A DNA stretch of 64,000 nt. Source: Tricharina praecox (lineage: Eukaryota). The stretch is taken from positions 1,116,001 through 1,180,000 of the forward strand of contig NW_026250412.1 in NCBI RefSeq assembly GCF_024521635.1, given 5' to 3'. Shown here piece by piece: positions 24,705 through 37,162 of this stretch. The notes below the pieces were generated by a model that saw only the letters and a list, made by a program, of their open reading frames with translations, did not search any database and was not told the DNA's origin. The position numbers and the translations under genes were made by a program. Position 1 is the stretch's first letter; every line of letters begins with the position of its first letter.

Positions 24705-25224
24705 TCAATGCTCGAAATCGAGAACGGTCGCACCGTCAACCCCGCCCTCAATCGAGCCAATCAGCCGTCCCGCGAACTCCGCGTGCGCGCTGTCCCGACG
24801 CACGTAGTAGTTGCGGTCCTCGACGCTCGCGAATTGCACTACGTACACGTGCGTGAAGCCTTTCTGTAGTGCCCGGGGTATTAGCTCGGGTATCCTCCGC
24901 ACCACCACCGCGAAGAGTCGGAGGGGAGGGGAATGGAATGGAATGGAATGGAATACACACCTGCAGTCCCTCAATCGAAATGTCTGGCCCCCCAGTGATC
25001 GAGAGGATGTACTCGCTGCCGTCCTCCTTCTGGCATTTCTGCTGAAGCGCGAGGAAGTCCGTGGTGATCTAACCACGGTCGGTCAGTCTCAGTCCTAGAG
25101 CTGGCGGTGGGCTGGAGGGGTAGGGCTTGGGAAGGGAGACGGGGGGACGGGGGACTACCTGCGTCGCCAGGGTCGCTGGGGTGCTGGGGAGCTTGACGCT
25201 CACGATGTGCGTGACTTTACCCAT
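24705..25224 (-). CDS. Stress-responsive A/B barrel (Dabb) domain protein, ~110 aa. Exons 25224-25159, 25068-24961, 24863-24705
   Basis: Spliced translation MGKVTHIVSVKL...FLALQQKC..YILSITGGPDISIEGLQKGFTHVYVVQFASVEDRNYYVRRDSAH..VLDF matches the Dabb pattern; canonical introns. Confidence 0.9.
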
Positions 25225-26371
25225 GGTGGTTGATTGACGGTTGGTGTTGTTGTTGTGGTGGTGGTTGTGGTGGTGGTGGTGGTGGTGGAAGGTTGACGGA
25301 CGATGGTTGATGGGGAAGGATGGGACACAGTCGGGTGAGTTACGGGATAGATAACCAGTTCTCGGGAAGATGGGGGAGGTAGTAGGTACTAGCAGTGCGG
25401 ATTACGTTTCCGCATGCGCTTCCGTCATGAGCGCCCAGAGCGCACAGCGACGATCGGTTCCACGTGCGGAGTCTCGGACGGACTACCTAACCAAGCACTT
25501 GGTACCTCCTGCTACTCCGTTTGTGCAGCGCACTGCACGGCGTGGACTCAATCCCGTATCGAGGTACGTAAAAGCAAAAACGTGCTTCTATTTCGAGATC
25601 ATCGCAGCAGAATGATTGCCCGCGAGGCTGGGAAAAGCATTATCACCGCTATGGTATTGCTGCTTCGCTGTCCAGGCCGATGGATGCGCTTTCTTTCGCC
25701 TCCTCACCGTTGGTATTCATCATTGGCATACCTATTCCGTCCGCATCCCACTCACTCAATCCGGCATTCAGAACTAGTACGGCCGAGGTCTACCTATACG
25801 GTAGTGGGGCGGCTGTTCACGGCGGAGTGGGAGTGCGGAGTGCCGACATCTACCAATCGAGGTGTCGCTTCTACGAGGAATACGAGCGCAAGCACGGCGC
25901 GATGAGTTTGAGGCGCGGCGGGAAAGAGCGTAGGTGGTTAGAGCGATGGCTCTGGAGGGCGTTGAGATGCGGGGGAGGGGCATGACCGATGTGTATTTCT
26001 CTCAGCTACATACGGCACAGATCCAACTCAGAGAGAGCGACGCAGTGACTGACAAGCCATCGTCACGTGAGATTGCGCAGTTTCTTGTACGAGCCACAAT
26101 GGACCCCATACTGTGGCTGCATACGCCACGGGCATCTCTCTGTTGCACTTTATTAAGGTTTTCTGACTCAGTCACTTCATGAGTCATGGCAGTTTCGCCT
26201 CTATTTTTAGCGAACGAGCGTCTGTGGCGGTGCTTAACCCTGTGTCGCTCTTGCAGCCACCCCTGCCACGTCACTAGCCACAGAACGCATCCAATCGAGT
26301 TTTCTCGCGAAACATTGCGACTCACCTCAACTCTCCTACCGACACCAACTCCCCCGCAGCCCACACACACG

Positions 26372-27880
26372 ATGACCACCGCCGAGTCAACCGCCGCCCC
26401 ACCGGGAATTGTCTCCACCTTCCTCACCGTCCCCTCCACCATTGTTGCCTCCTCCGCACCGACAATAATCCACCTCAAGCGCGACAACAACCAAGCACTC
26501 GCGCTCTCCCCCACCTCGACCCTGCAAACCCGCTTCGGCACCTTCCCGCACACGTCCTTCCTCTCGCTGTCACCCGGCTCCCAAGTCCGCGCCTCAGCCA
26601 CGCACCCCAATCCCCGCGACCAACGCAAACGCAAACGCGCTTCGCCCGAGGAGATCTCCGACGCCGCTGCGGCCGCTCCCAGCGCCTCAGGCTTCGTACA
26701 CGTCCTCGCGCCCACCGCCGAGCTCTGGACCGCTAGTCTCCCGCACAGAACGCAAGTCGTCTACACCCCCGACTCGTCGTACATCCTCCACCGCCTCAAC
26801 GTCGGCCCCGGCAGCCGCGTGATCGAGGCCGGCGCCGGCTCCGGCTCCTTCACCCATGCCGCTGTCCGCGCGGTGTATAGCGGCTACCCCGACGGGCGCG
26901 ATGGCATCGCGCCGACACAGGTGCAGCGCAAGGGGAAGGTGTGGAGCTTCGAGTTCCACGAGGAGCGTGCGGGGAAGCTGCGCGAGGAGATAGCGAACCA
27001 CAACCTCGACGGGCTCGTGCAGATTACACATAAGGACGTCTGCGCGGAGGGGTTCCTGGTTCCCTCATCGCAGCTGCAACCAGCCTTGGAGAGAAGCAGC
27101 AGCAGCAGCAGCAGCGAGGCCGTGATCTCACCCCTGGGCACAGCGGTATTCCTGGACCTCCCCGCGCCCTGGCTCGCAATCCCGCACCTATCGCGCACCG
27201 CCGCCTCCCCGCTCGACCCCGCCGAGGAAGTCCGCATCTGCACGTTCTCCCCCTGCATCGAGCAAGTGACACGCACGTGCGCCGCTCTCCGCACGCACGG
27301 CTGGGTGGACGTGCAGACCGTGGAGCTATCGCACCAGCGGCTGGAAGTGCGGCGGCAGCTTCCGCGCGGCTACGACGACGGCGCGGGCCCGCGCTCCATC
27401 TCTGAAGCCCTGACGCGGCTCCGCGGCGTCAACAACTTCCGCGAGCAGCGCAAGGACCTGCAGGTCTCGCATGCGGCCGGAGAGAAGCCGAGCTTTGAGG
27501 CCCTCGGGTTCAAGAAGGCGTCCGGGCGCAAGAATTGGGGCACCGGCGAGGAGGGCCGCGTCGTCTCCCGCTGCGAACCGGAGATCAAGACGCATACTAG
27601 CTTCTTGACGTTCGCGACGCTGCCCAGGGAGTGGACGGACGAGATGGAGGCGCAGGCGGCCGCGTGGGTCGCCGCGAATGAGACCAGGGGCGTCATCAGG
27701 GGCGTCGTCGGCGAGAAGGAGAAGAAGTGGCAGGGAGAGAGGGCGGAGAGTAATAGGTCCAAGAAGAGGAAGGAGAGGGAGGCGAGGAAGATGGCGGGCG
27801 GCGAGGGCGACAGCGTTAATGGCGATAGCGAGGCGGCGACGGCGGCGGCTAAGAATGAGGATATGGAAATCGATGGATAG
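26372..27880 (+). CDS. TRM61: tRNA (adenine58-N1)-methyltransferase catalytic subunit
   Basis: PTAELWTASLPHRTQVVYTPDSSYI, VIEAGAGSGSFTH, FEFHEER, AVFLDLPAPW, CTFSPCIEQV and HTSFLTFA are Gcd14/Trm61 signature motifs. Confidence 0.95.
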   Translation: MTTAESTAAPPGIVSTFLTVPSTIVASSAPTIIHLKRDNNQALALSPTSTLQTRFGTFPHTSFLSLSPGSQVRASATHPNPRDQRKRKRASPEEISDAAAAAPSASGFVHVLAPTAELWTASLPHRTQVVYTPDSSYILHRLNVGPGSRVIEAGAGSGSFTHAAVRAVYSGYPDGRDGIAPTQVQRKGKVWSFEFHEERAGKLREEIANHNLDGLVQITHKDVCAEGFLVPSSQLQPALERSSSSSSSEAVISPLGTAVFLDLPAPWLAIPHLSRTAASPLDPAEEVRICTFSPCIEQVTRTCAALRTHGWVDVQTVELSHQRLEVRRQLPRGYDDGAGPRSISEALTRLRGVNNFREQRKDLQVSHAAGEKPSFEALGFKKASGRKNWGTGEEGRVVSRCEPEIKTHTSFLTFATLPREWTDEMEAQAAAWVAANETRGVIRGVVGEKEKKWQGERAESNRSKKRKEREARKMAGGEGDSVNGDSEAATAAAKNEDMEIDG

Positions 27881-30800
27881 GCGAGCGCTATCAGAAGGAA
27901 GAGCTACACTTGTACTATAGATTGCGTGGCTACGATTGCAGATTAGACCATAGAGGATATCCTTATCAGTTCTGACACACAGGCACTGAAAGAATGTTTT
28001 GTAACTTTCTCCCTGCTTCTAAACCTAGGATAGTGACTTGAGTCTATACTGTGCTGGAGCATCACTCGCTCGTCGCCTAGGTAGGTATCCTCCGTGGTGC
28101 ATCTCATTGATATCGCAGCGGGACCCGAAAATGCAGACTCATGGTTTGTCACTCTGCCGCCCGTCGCCCCGATGGATTAATCCTCGATGCTATACAAGAG
28201 AGTAGGTAGGTACATGCATTGCGCTTGACCAGTGAATGTCTCCGAGATACATACTAAGTACATATCTACAAGACGAAGGGGTGTATGCAACACAGTAATG
28301 AATGTCTGTCAGTCTGAAGATGACGATGTCGAATCGGCGGCAGCAGGTATCTAGATACCGAGTTATCTGACTGCGGGACTATCATTGATGATTCACGACC
28401 GCCGCACACCTACTCTAATGATATTTAACGAAGCATACGGGTGTGCCGCGCGCGTGGTATGGTAATTCCTGTGTATGTATCCACGTGAATTAGCTAGCAG
28501 ATGCCACGAACTTGAAGGTACTTACTCTTCATAGCTACCCATTCGTACTGTATTCCTTGGCTGGGGGCCTGGGGCTGAGAGTGAGAGCCCGGCTTAGCGG
28601 GACTGGTACATTGATACATCATGTATTTATGGCGACAAAAAGCAAATACCCATCCAGCCACACAGACTGCCAAGAAGCATATGTGCTTGGGCGCAAGCTG
28701 CATGCACATCCAACAGTTGGGCCTATAATCACGCGAAAGTAATCATTCGCGCGTGCGCAGGTATGGGACGGGATTGGGTACTACACATGTATATCCATTT
28801 GCAGTGGAGTCACGGATAGGTAGGTAGGTAGGTAGGTAGGTAGGTAGGTAAGGCATAGGTAAGGCCACAGCCACAACTGTGTGCTGGAGCTTGGAGCTGC
28901 GCCATTGATTCTTCGAATGGGTGTAAGAAGTAGGTAGACCGTTCCGCCGAAGGTCTCTGTAGCAATAGGTACCTCCACCGCTCCTCAATCCTCGATCCCC
29001 TTACTCACTCACTCCTCGCCACCCGCCACCCGCCACCCGCCATCCCCTCCATCCCCGCCGATCGAGCAGCGATGAATCTCTCTTCCCTCCTCTTCGTCCT
29101 CGCAACCACAACCACCGCCCCCGCCGCCCCCGCCCCCGCCAAAGGCGACAAAATCACCTCCGGCGCAAAAATCATCGTCAAAGCGACGGATGTGATATTC
29201 AAGGGTGCGGACTTATTCGGCGCGAGCAACGCGGCTACTACGGATATGCAGTACTCTGGGGTTGTTGTGGGTGTGGGTGTGGTTGTGGTGGTGGGGCTCG
29301 GGCACGGGGATGGTGGTAGGCTTGGGTGAACTCAAGGAGTTGTTGCGTGGAAACGTGGGCTGTTTATACGGTATTTGGTTACCGATGCCCATGAGGATCA
29401 ACGGTGGTGGGATCGCGGTAGGCGCGGAGATGCGACTGTACCATGGACAATGGTTGCTGTGTATGAAGGAGGAATTGTACAAGTACACAATGGCTTCCTG
29501 GGAGTCGGGACCGTACGACGAGCTTACCTATATCTGCTCAGCACAGAAGTCGTGCGGTGGGGATCGATTATTTCGTGGGACGGCCGGGGTTGGAATTGGA
29601 TGTTGGTCGATAGGGAGATAGGAAGATAGAGAGATGGGGATATGTGGATATGTGGAGATGGGGGTATGTGTACTGGTATTTCACAATCACCGGCGTGGAG
29701 GAAGGAGGCTTATGTACATACCTACATAGACCTACATAGAAATAGAAGCATTGATTGTCCGTACGCTCAATCCATCCCTCCATCACGAGAGCTTACCACC
29801 TTGGCAACCTCAGGTTTTACGTACTGCCATAGCATCCCCAGACGATGGAACGGGTTGTCACGAAACTTGTGCGGGGGACAAGTTCGCTAGGCCAATGCAA
29901 AGGACTCATGGCCCAGCATCTGGACTACATACACCGGTAACCGGTATGCGCCCCGCTGAAGAGCTTGAGAGCAGTTACTGCGACCTGATAGGCTGATACC
30001 TCCAGCCATCCATCCACCAGTATAATGAAAACTTTTATTGTTTTTGCGGAGGATGGGTACTGAGCACGCTAGTTTTTTACATGTCACCAGGCATTCGCGT
30101 GAGTTATGATGATTCTTGCAACTCTTCTGTATCATACTTGCTACTGTGCTTGTCTGTCTGCCTTTCTGCACGGTATTGTGGTCAGCAGAGATCAATAACT
30201 AGCTTCGGTTCAGGTTCGGATTCGGGTTCATTGTGATGGTTGACCGTACCGTATCGTACTGGTGCGGTGGGAGTGCAATCAAGCAACGGAAAATGGGGGC
30301 TAGCTCAACGCTATAGCAGTAGACGAGATCTACCCGAGGAGGTAGACTATGCGAGAAGCGAGCTCATGAAGGGCCGAGTGACAATCGCGACCCACGCAAT
30401 GCTGAATAAACGCCAGTAATGTATGTATATCCGTCAAACAACTCGCGGTTACTGCGCATTGTGCGAGCCTCAGCTATTGATGTTGGAGTACCACGAGACA
30501 CAAGCGCACCGCAGTGGGCACGCCTAGACCTTCACGGCTCTCACCAGAGTTTGCTGTGGCCTAAACATGCATTTAGGTAATTGGCCACTCGCAGGCCTAT
30601 CGAAAAAGCCTTCTCCTGAGCGTGCATCAATAGCTAACCCCAACGCGAACGCGCAGCATTGCTTTTTGACTGGATGTTTGCTTTTACAGCTCGCCAGCAT
30701 GCATAAGTACTCGCCACTGAGCCGCTCCTTCGCTCGTTCTTTCGGTCAGTCGGTCAGTCAGCCTCAGCTGAAAAAGCGAGACCATTTCCCTGCAACGTAC

Positions 30801-30889
30801 CTACATACATAAATACATACATACCCCTCGCCTGAGTCGTCCGCCCGTACCTACCTAAAGTTCTTCCGCCGCGATCACGCCTCATAAAA

Positions 30890-31549
30890 ATGAAGTCCTT
30901 CGTCCTCGTCGTCGTCTTCGCCATCTTCGCTGTGGTCCTCGGCCAGTTTCCAGAGCCACCAACATCCACCCCGACCACGAGTGGCAACTCGTCGAACACG
31001 ACAAATCCCTTCACGAAACACACCATTGTCACCATTGTCCCCGAACTCCCCCCGCAGAAAGCTTCTTCGCCAACCATCCCGATCGCTGGCGCGGTGGTCG
31101 GTGTGCTCGTTCTCGTCGCCGCCGGAGGCGGCGTGTTTCTATGGCGGAGACGGCGACAGCAACACCAACAGCAACCTCAGCTGGCGGTAGCTGGTGGCGT
31201 TAGCGGCAGCGGCTGCAGCGGCGGCGTCGTGCCCGAGCTAGAGAGTGGAGGAGGAGGAGGAGGAGGAGGAGGAGGAGGTTCTGCTGCAGCGTACACATCG
31301 GAGTTGTACGGCGGCGACGGCGTGCAAGCGGCTGCAATGTACGGGCTGTCCGAGAAGGAGGAGGAAACTGCATACGTGCAACCGCCGATGGAGCTCATGA
31401 CGGCGTACGAGCCGGACCGCGTAAACTACCTGCCCGACGACGCAGACAGAGATATGTGTGTTTCGCCGATTCCCGATGTCGGCGCGCCCATGTACGTTCC
31501 CGGTCCGAACCCCGAGGCATATCGGTACCACACGCCAGCGCCATATTAA
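30890..31549 (+). CDS. Single-pass type I membrane protein, paralogue 1
   Basis: Signal peptide, S/T/P-rich stalk, TM IAGAVVGVLVLVAAGGGVFLW, RRRR stop-transfer, and VPELE/TSELY/PMELM motifs. Confidence 0.8.
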   Translation: MKSFVLVVVFAIFAVVLGQFPEPPTSTPTTSGNSSNTTNPFTKHTIVTIVPELPPQKASSPTIPIAGAVVGVLVLVAAGGGVFLWRRRRQQHQQQPQLAVAGGVSGSGCSGGVVPELESGGGGGGGGGGGSAAAYTSELYGGDGVQAAAMYGLSEKEEETAYVQPPMELMTAYEPDRVNYLPDDADRDMCVSPIPDVGAPMYVPGPNPEAYRYHTPAPY

Positions 31550-32452
31550 GAGAGTTTCCATCCGCCGGCGCTAGCAGGTGGGGCGGTCGGTCCGGCGTGG
31601 TTGAGGATGAGGAGAAGGAGCTACATGAGAGGGCGATTATGTTGAGGGAGCAGCAGAGAGGGGTGTAGGAACAGTTAAGGAATCTGTAGGCAGATTGATG
31701 GGCTGTGCTAGGCCCCCGGAAGAGGGCCCGGTTGTCGTGTAATCGACCGTAAGCAAAGCGGAGAGGAAGGGGCGGAATTGCGATGTGATCGATTCTTTCC
31801 ATGATTTGAATAGCTACACTTTCGGCTGTGCTGGTAGTGTAGAATAGCGCGCCTTTAAAAGGCCCTCCTGTATTTTGTCCAACAGATATACATCTGATCC
31901 TACGGTCAAACAGTAATGCATTTTTTACTCAGCCTCGAGCTTGGCCATCCAGTATATAGAGTACTCTGCTCTACACCTAAACATGAGCGTGTGATCACCA
32001 GTTTCGCTAAATCCCACCCCCCCCCCCCCCCCCCCCCCCCACCACCAATAGGTTGCATTTTACCTATAATAACCCAGTAGAAATTATGGTTCGTACCTAA
32101 GCAAGTAAAGTACTCTACTTGCTTCAGCACTCTACCGGTATTTTGGGTGTTCCTAGCATTGGAATAGTTACAGCTATTGAGCCACTTCCTTGAGTTGCCC
32201 AGCTCGATACCTACCGTAGCGAACTCACCTCGCCACCGTGCTTGTTGCAATCATTCATATAGAGTATGTAGCTGCATCTTCTGGTTGGCTGCGGACTTAC
32301 TTTTTCCGCCGCAGCACTGCGCACACAAGATCAAAAACCGGACCAGCCCCCTCTGCTCCCGAGCGGCTGAAGTCCAGACCCGATAGATACCTCTGGAGTC
32401 TGAACGGTCCCTTTTTCGATCACGAAAACCCGACACACCACTCACGGCAACG

Positions 32453-33418
32453 ATGAAGACGAAGCTTGTTGTTCGCATTATTCTAGTCCACGGATTGGTC
32501 TTCGCCGAGAGGGCGTTCGGCCAGGCGCCGGTGTTTGTCGGCGTTCCAGGAACGAGCTCCACCCCCTTCCTGCAAACATTCATGTCTTCAATCCTCGAAA
32601 CTGTATTAGCAACGCCAACGCCAGAACCCCCCATCCCTAGCACAGTCTCCACCGAGGAGCCCCCGATGGATACGATCATGACCGTGGAGGTGGTGACGCT
32701 GTTCACAGCAGAGATCCCGGGGGCCAGCACCACGTCTGCAGCATCCGGTCCCCGCACTAGCGAAAGCAGCAACCCTCCTGCTCCTCCACCACCACCTACT
32801 CCTCCACCAGCAACTACTCCTCCACCACCACCACCTACTCCTCCACCCGCAATACCAGATACACCCGCAACAAAGTCCTCCGCGCTACCAAAGATAGCCG
32901 GCGGCGTCGTCGTCTGCCTGCTCGTCATCGTAGCTATAGCCGTCGTATTCTTCTGCCGGCGGAGACGAAAGCTAGCGCGGATACGCGCGTATGCGTGCGC
33001 CCAGGTGCCGGAGCTCGATGGGAATCCGCGATCGGAGCTGGAAGGGCGCGGGATCGAGGAGACGCAGAAGTTGCCGGAATCCGTGGCGGCGATGCAGATG
33101 CACGAGGGTCGGGGATCGGTCGTCCCGGTGGAGTTGGGTGGGACTGGTGTGCTCGAGATGCCGGCGGGGGATGGTGGCGAACAGGTGGAGGGGCAGGATG
33201 AGCCCGGGTGGCGGGGTGCGGCCGATGTGCGAGAGATGGAGGCAAGAGATGGCAATGAGGCGGCGGAGGAGCAGGAAGACTCCGAGTGGCTGGCGGAGGA
33301 GGAGAGAAAAGTCCAGGAGAGGGCTAGGGCGTTGCAGGAGCTCAGACGGTTACAGGATGATGAGAAGAGGCTGCGGGAACAGAAGAGAGAGGTTAAGGAT
33401 CGATTGAGAGATCTTTAG
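32453..33418 (+). CDS. Single-pass type I membrane protein, paralogue 2
   Basis: Signal-like N-terminus, P/T stalk, TM followed by FCRRRRK, repeated xEL motifs, and C-terminal WLAEEERKVQERARALQELRRLQ coiled coil. Confidence 0.85.
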   Translation: MKTKLVVRIILVHGLVFAERAFGQAPVFVGVPGTSSTPFLQTFMSSILETVLATPTPEPPIPSTVSTEEPPMDTIMTVEVVTLFTAEIPGASTTSAASGPRTSESSNPPAPPPPPTPPPATTPPPPPPTPPPAIPDTPATKSSALPKIAGGVVVCLLVIVAIAVVFFCRRRRKLARIRAYACAQVPELDGNPRSELEGRGIEETQKLPESVAAMQMHEGRGSVVPVELGGTGVLEMPAGDGGEQVEGQDEPGWRGAADVREMEARDGNEAAEEQEDSEWLAEEERKVQERARALQELRRLQDDEKRLREQKREVKDRLRDL

Positions 33419-35557
33419 GCTTGTATGGGCCTATGGGGTTCACCGGATAGGAGGACGGATAGTGGACCTGGGATGAATCGGTTACATGATGTAAATAATG
33501 TTGGTAGTCCGTTGTTAGACGAGGCGCATATAGGACGGAATGTGCTCTGTCTTTTGGATTTACACTGTTCGTGAAGAAATACATCACTGTTGGGACCAGG
33601 GAGACGCGTTATACATGCTAACCGATCGTGCAGATCACTCACCGCTAGTTAGTCCAAGCTAACCATCATATGTAGCTACGGGAACGGGAGAACTATCATT
33701 AGTGGACGTGTTTAGCTAGATTTACCACTATATACATCGTGGGACGGGACGAATAACCGAGTCCCGACAGACCCAAACGAGACGACACGCCGGGCAGAAC
33801 TGAAAAACCCAGCTCGGCTCGCCTTGTTATGTAACCTCTCAACACACCGCCAATCTCAAAGATCAATAACTACTATGTAGGCGATTTGTTAGTAGTTAGT
33901 GATAGGTATTGTCCTTGTAGATAATCCTTATTAGGAAATTAATCGATGCGTTAGGCATAAAAACCCCGGTAGATGGGTCCTCTAGGGATAGTGGTACCTC
34001 AGTAGCTGTACTGACGAGCATCTGCCACTTGAGTTGATAAATCTCGCCAGATCTTACGGTGTATCATGTCCCAAACGAATTGTATGGAACACCTTTCGAG
34101 GCGCGGATGTCCGGGACTCCGGGGCCACTAGTTGGCAGCATGCCGCAATGCCAGGGATGGGTTGTAGATGGATGCATGGGCGCGTCAGTTGCAAACAGCA
34201 TCTCTCGTATTTGCTAGTGGATACGCTGTTAGTTTGGTTTGTATCCACTGTTTTTTTTTTAGGAGGGGGGTACGGCAGGCAGATATTCACACGTTATTTA
34301 GTGATTAGTAACTATCGTAATGAGCGTTCGCCAATAGGTGTTCATGTTCCGTAGCGGGATCCGTCATCCATATACAGTAGTATACCAAGTTCTAGCCACG
34401 GAGGACGAACGTATGTAGTCCTAGGCTGAAGAAGGCAGAGTACCTATGTAGTAGGCTCGAGATTGGGGCTGTTTCCTCAGAAGTTTCCTCAGCAGTTTCC
34501 ATTATGACATCGGGTGCTGATTTCCCAGACGGCGGGCGGCGGGTGAGGGGGAACCGGTCTCGGGATCTCGGCCCAGTGGTGGATGGGATACCAGTACCAG
34601 CCCACCAGGGCTGAGTGTACAATATACATCCTTGATCTACCTACTAGGTAGCTCGGTTGTGTGCAATCCATCATCCATGATGAAAGGAAAGGAGAAGGAA
34701 AACTCTAAGGGAATAAAGAAAACGACATTCACTTCGCCCGGCCGAACCCACAAGGGTTCGGGCCATATCGCCGACTGACGACGGACACATTTCCGACGCT
34801 GTCAAGACTCGGAAGCAGGTCGGCATTGATGGTATAGTACATACGGATGGGCCGTGGAAACCAGCTCAGGCTGCGGAATCCGCTGCAGGATGATGAGGCA
34901 TGGTTCAGGGAGCGGTGGAAAGGGATCAGGGGCGGTTAGCTGGGATCTTGGGACAGAGGCTACTGAGGAAACGGAGGGAACAACCCTCGAGAGTGCGGAG
35001 TATACTCTACTAGTATGTAATGGATGGTGATCTACCCTTTAGCGTACAACTCATCCAGTCCGTGATGATAATCTACATGTAGTACCTAGAGTAGAGTACC
35101 AGGGATAGCCAATAAGACGTGCCTCACCACCATTACGAATTGTAAGCCCAAGGTGAGGCAACACTTACCGTTACACCCAAGAACTCTACCGTTATTATTT
35201 AGATATCTGGCCTTGCTAACCACCCCCCGGCGATAGGTAAGGTTTTGCCTGTGGAAGCTGTTTGGTTTTCCCGACGGACAAGCCGCCTCCCCCAGGGCCC
35301 CGGTGAGTCCAACCAGCGAACCCACCAAGCCCGCCTGTCTCACTCGTCTATGCATCATACACCTGCTGGTTCGTTAGAGTAGTTGGCTGCGTGCCGGTAC
35401 TTTCTTTTCCCGCCGTAACTGACTAGCACTCGCTGGTCATCATAAAACCGACCAACCCCCCGAACGCGCATGACCGGCTGAAATCCGGAAGATGCGACAC
35501 TTCTGAACTTGCCCCTTTTCCATCACGAAAACATAATCACTGCGAACGACGATAGCG

Positions 35558-36424
35558 ATGAAGATGAAGATAAAGATTGCCACTCTCACCCTGGTCGACG
35601 GACTGGTTTTCGCCGCCGCCGCCGGTGTAGCGCTTGCCCAGTCGACTGGCCCTACAAGTAGTAGACCCCTGCCACCAACATCTTCCGCCCTCGACGGCCC
35701 ACGGTTTACCCCCACCGCCGGCGGAAACGTGTTAACAGCTTCAATCGTTGGCTCGGCGCGCTCCAACACAATCGATGGAGCGATCCTCAAAACTATCGTC
35801 GACGACGGCGCGGCGCAGACGACAGTAGTTCCCGCGGCGACGGTAGTGGTGCCAAGCGAGAATAGTCGCTCGGCGCGCCTCACCACGCGTGCGTTGGACG
35901 CTCCAGAGCACAGCGGCGAAGCCACTACCATCTTCAATACGGTCCCGGAACATTCCAAACGCAAATTGCCGCCGGTTGCACAGATACTTGGCTGCACTTT
36001 CGCCGGCCTGGCGGTCGTCACGGCCGTCTACTGCGTTTCATTCTGCCGGAAACGAAAGAAACTTGGGCGTCTGCGGACAATCACACAGGATCCATTACCG
36101 GGGCCGGATGAAAATCCTAGGCGGGGCGAAGAGACCGAGAAGCTGCCGGAGGGGGTGGAGTCGATGCCGCTGGAAAAGTGCGGGGAAACTGACCTCCCTG
36201 TGGCTGTGCATTCGGTGGAGCTGGGTGGCATAGATGTGACCGCGGTTGTGACAAGAGTTAGCAATGCTTCGGCGACGGATCAGGAAGCCTTTCAGTGGCA
36301 GGCGGAGGAGAGAAACTTTGAAGTCCAGGAGAGGGCTAGGTCACTGCAGGAGCTGAAGAGGTTGCGGGATGATGACAAGATGCGGAAGCAGAGTGAGGTT
36401 GACGATCGGTTGAAGAGTCTTTAG
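35558..36424 (+). CDS. Single-pass type I membrane protein, paralogue 3
   Basis: Aligns with paralogue 2 (GLVFA, FCRKRKKL, ETEKLPE, VELGG, WQAEER..VQERARSLQELKRL). The ~200 bp upstream is also similar to 32280-32452. Confidence 0.85.
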   Translation: MKMKIKIATLTLVDGLVFAAAAGVALAQSTGPTSSRPLPPTSSALDGPRFTPTAGGNVLTASIVGSARSNTIDGAILKTIVDDGAAQTTVVPAATVVVPSENSRSARLTTRALDAPEHSGEATTIFNTVPEHSKRKLPPVAQILGCTFAGLAVVTAVYCVSFCRKRKKLGRLRTITQDPLPGPDENPRRGEETEKLPEGVESMPLEKCGETDLPVAVHSVELGGIDVTAVVTRVSNASATDQEAFQWQAEERNFEVQERARSLQELKRLRDDDKMRKQSEVDDRLKSL

Positions 36425-37162
36425 GCTGGAGTCAGGTTTATAAAGGCAAGATGGTCGTGTAATAGATCAGGAAGTATGGACAGTCGTGGATATGCAACGA
36501 AATGCGACGAAGTCTTCTACCCTCGCCGCTAGATACTCCCGCCCCTACTGCCGATAGCTATAAGAGATGATTCCACGGAGTAGAAATGGTACTGGGCGAA
36601 GGAAGAAGTGGGAATATCGAGTAATGTGTATCGACCCTTAGAATAGAATAAGAAGGAGCAAAGGTACAGAATGCCCGCGGTGGAGCTAAAACGTTACCCA
36701 GTTATGCGATGCCCATACCAGTCACAGCGATGCTGCAGAAGAAATAGGTAGTCCATCTTACGCGTCGGCACAACGAAGACAATGTGAGATGAAGTATTGT
36801 AGCATTTTTATCGAGGTAACTCACGTACATAGCCACTCAAGAGCCTGGATACCATGCTAGAGGCATCAACCACCTGCGGCTTCACCTCTGAATTTGACCT
36901 ATTATTTCGAGTATCTGAAGCTTACGGGGAGCCGCACCTACTCTAAATACGGTGTGCCTGCTCCAGTACGCAAAAATCCCAAGTCCATTCGACAGCTTGT
37001 GCCACCCATCCACAGTACAGACGAGTATCGCACCGAGGCCCCGGACAACTACACACAAAAGCCAGCCTTTACTATCAAGCGACTGACCAAGAAACAACCA
37101 ATATAGCGCTGATAAATTCACCAGGATTTCGGCGCAAGATCGTCTTTGCTTTCCTGGCGACA

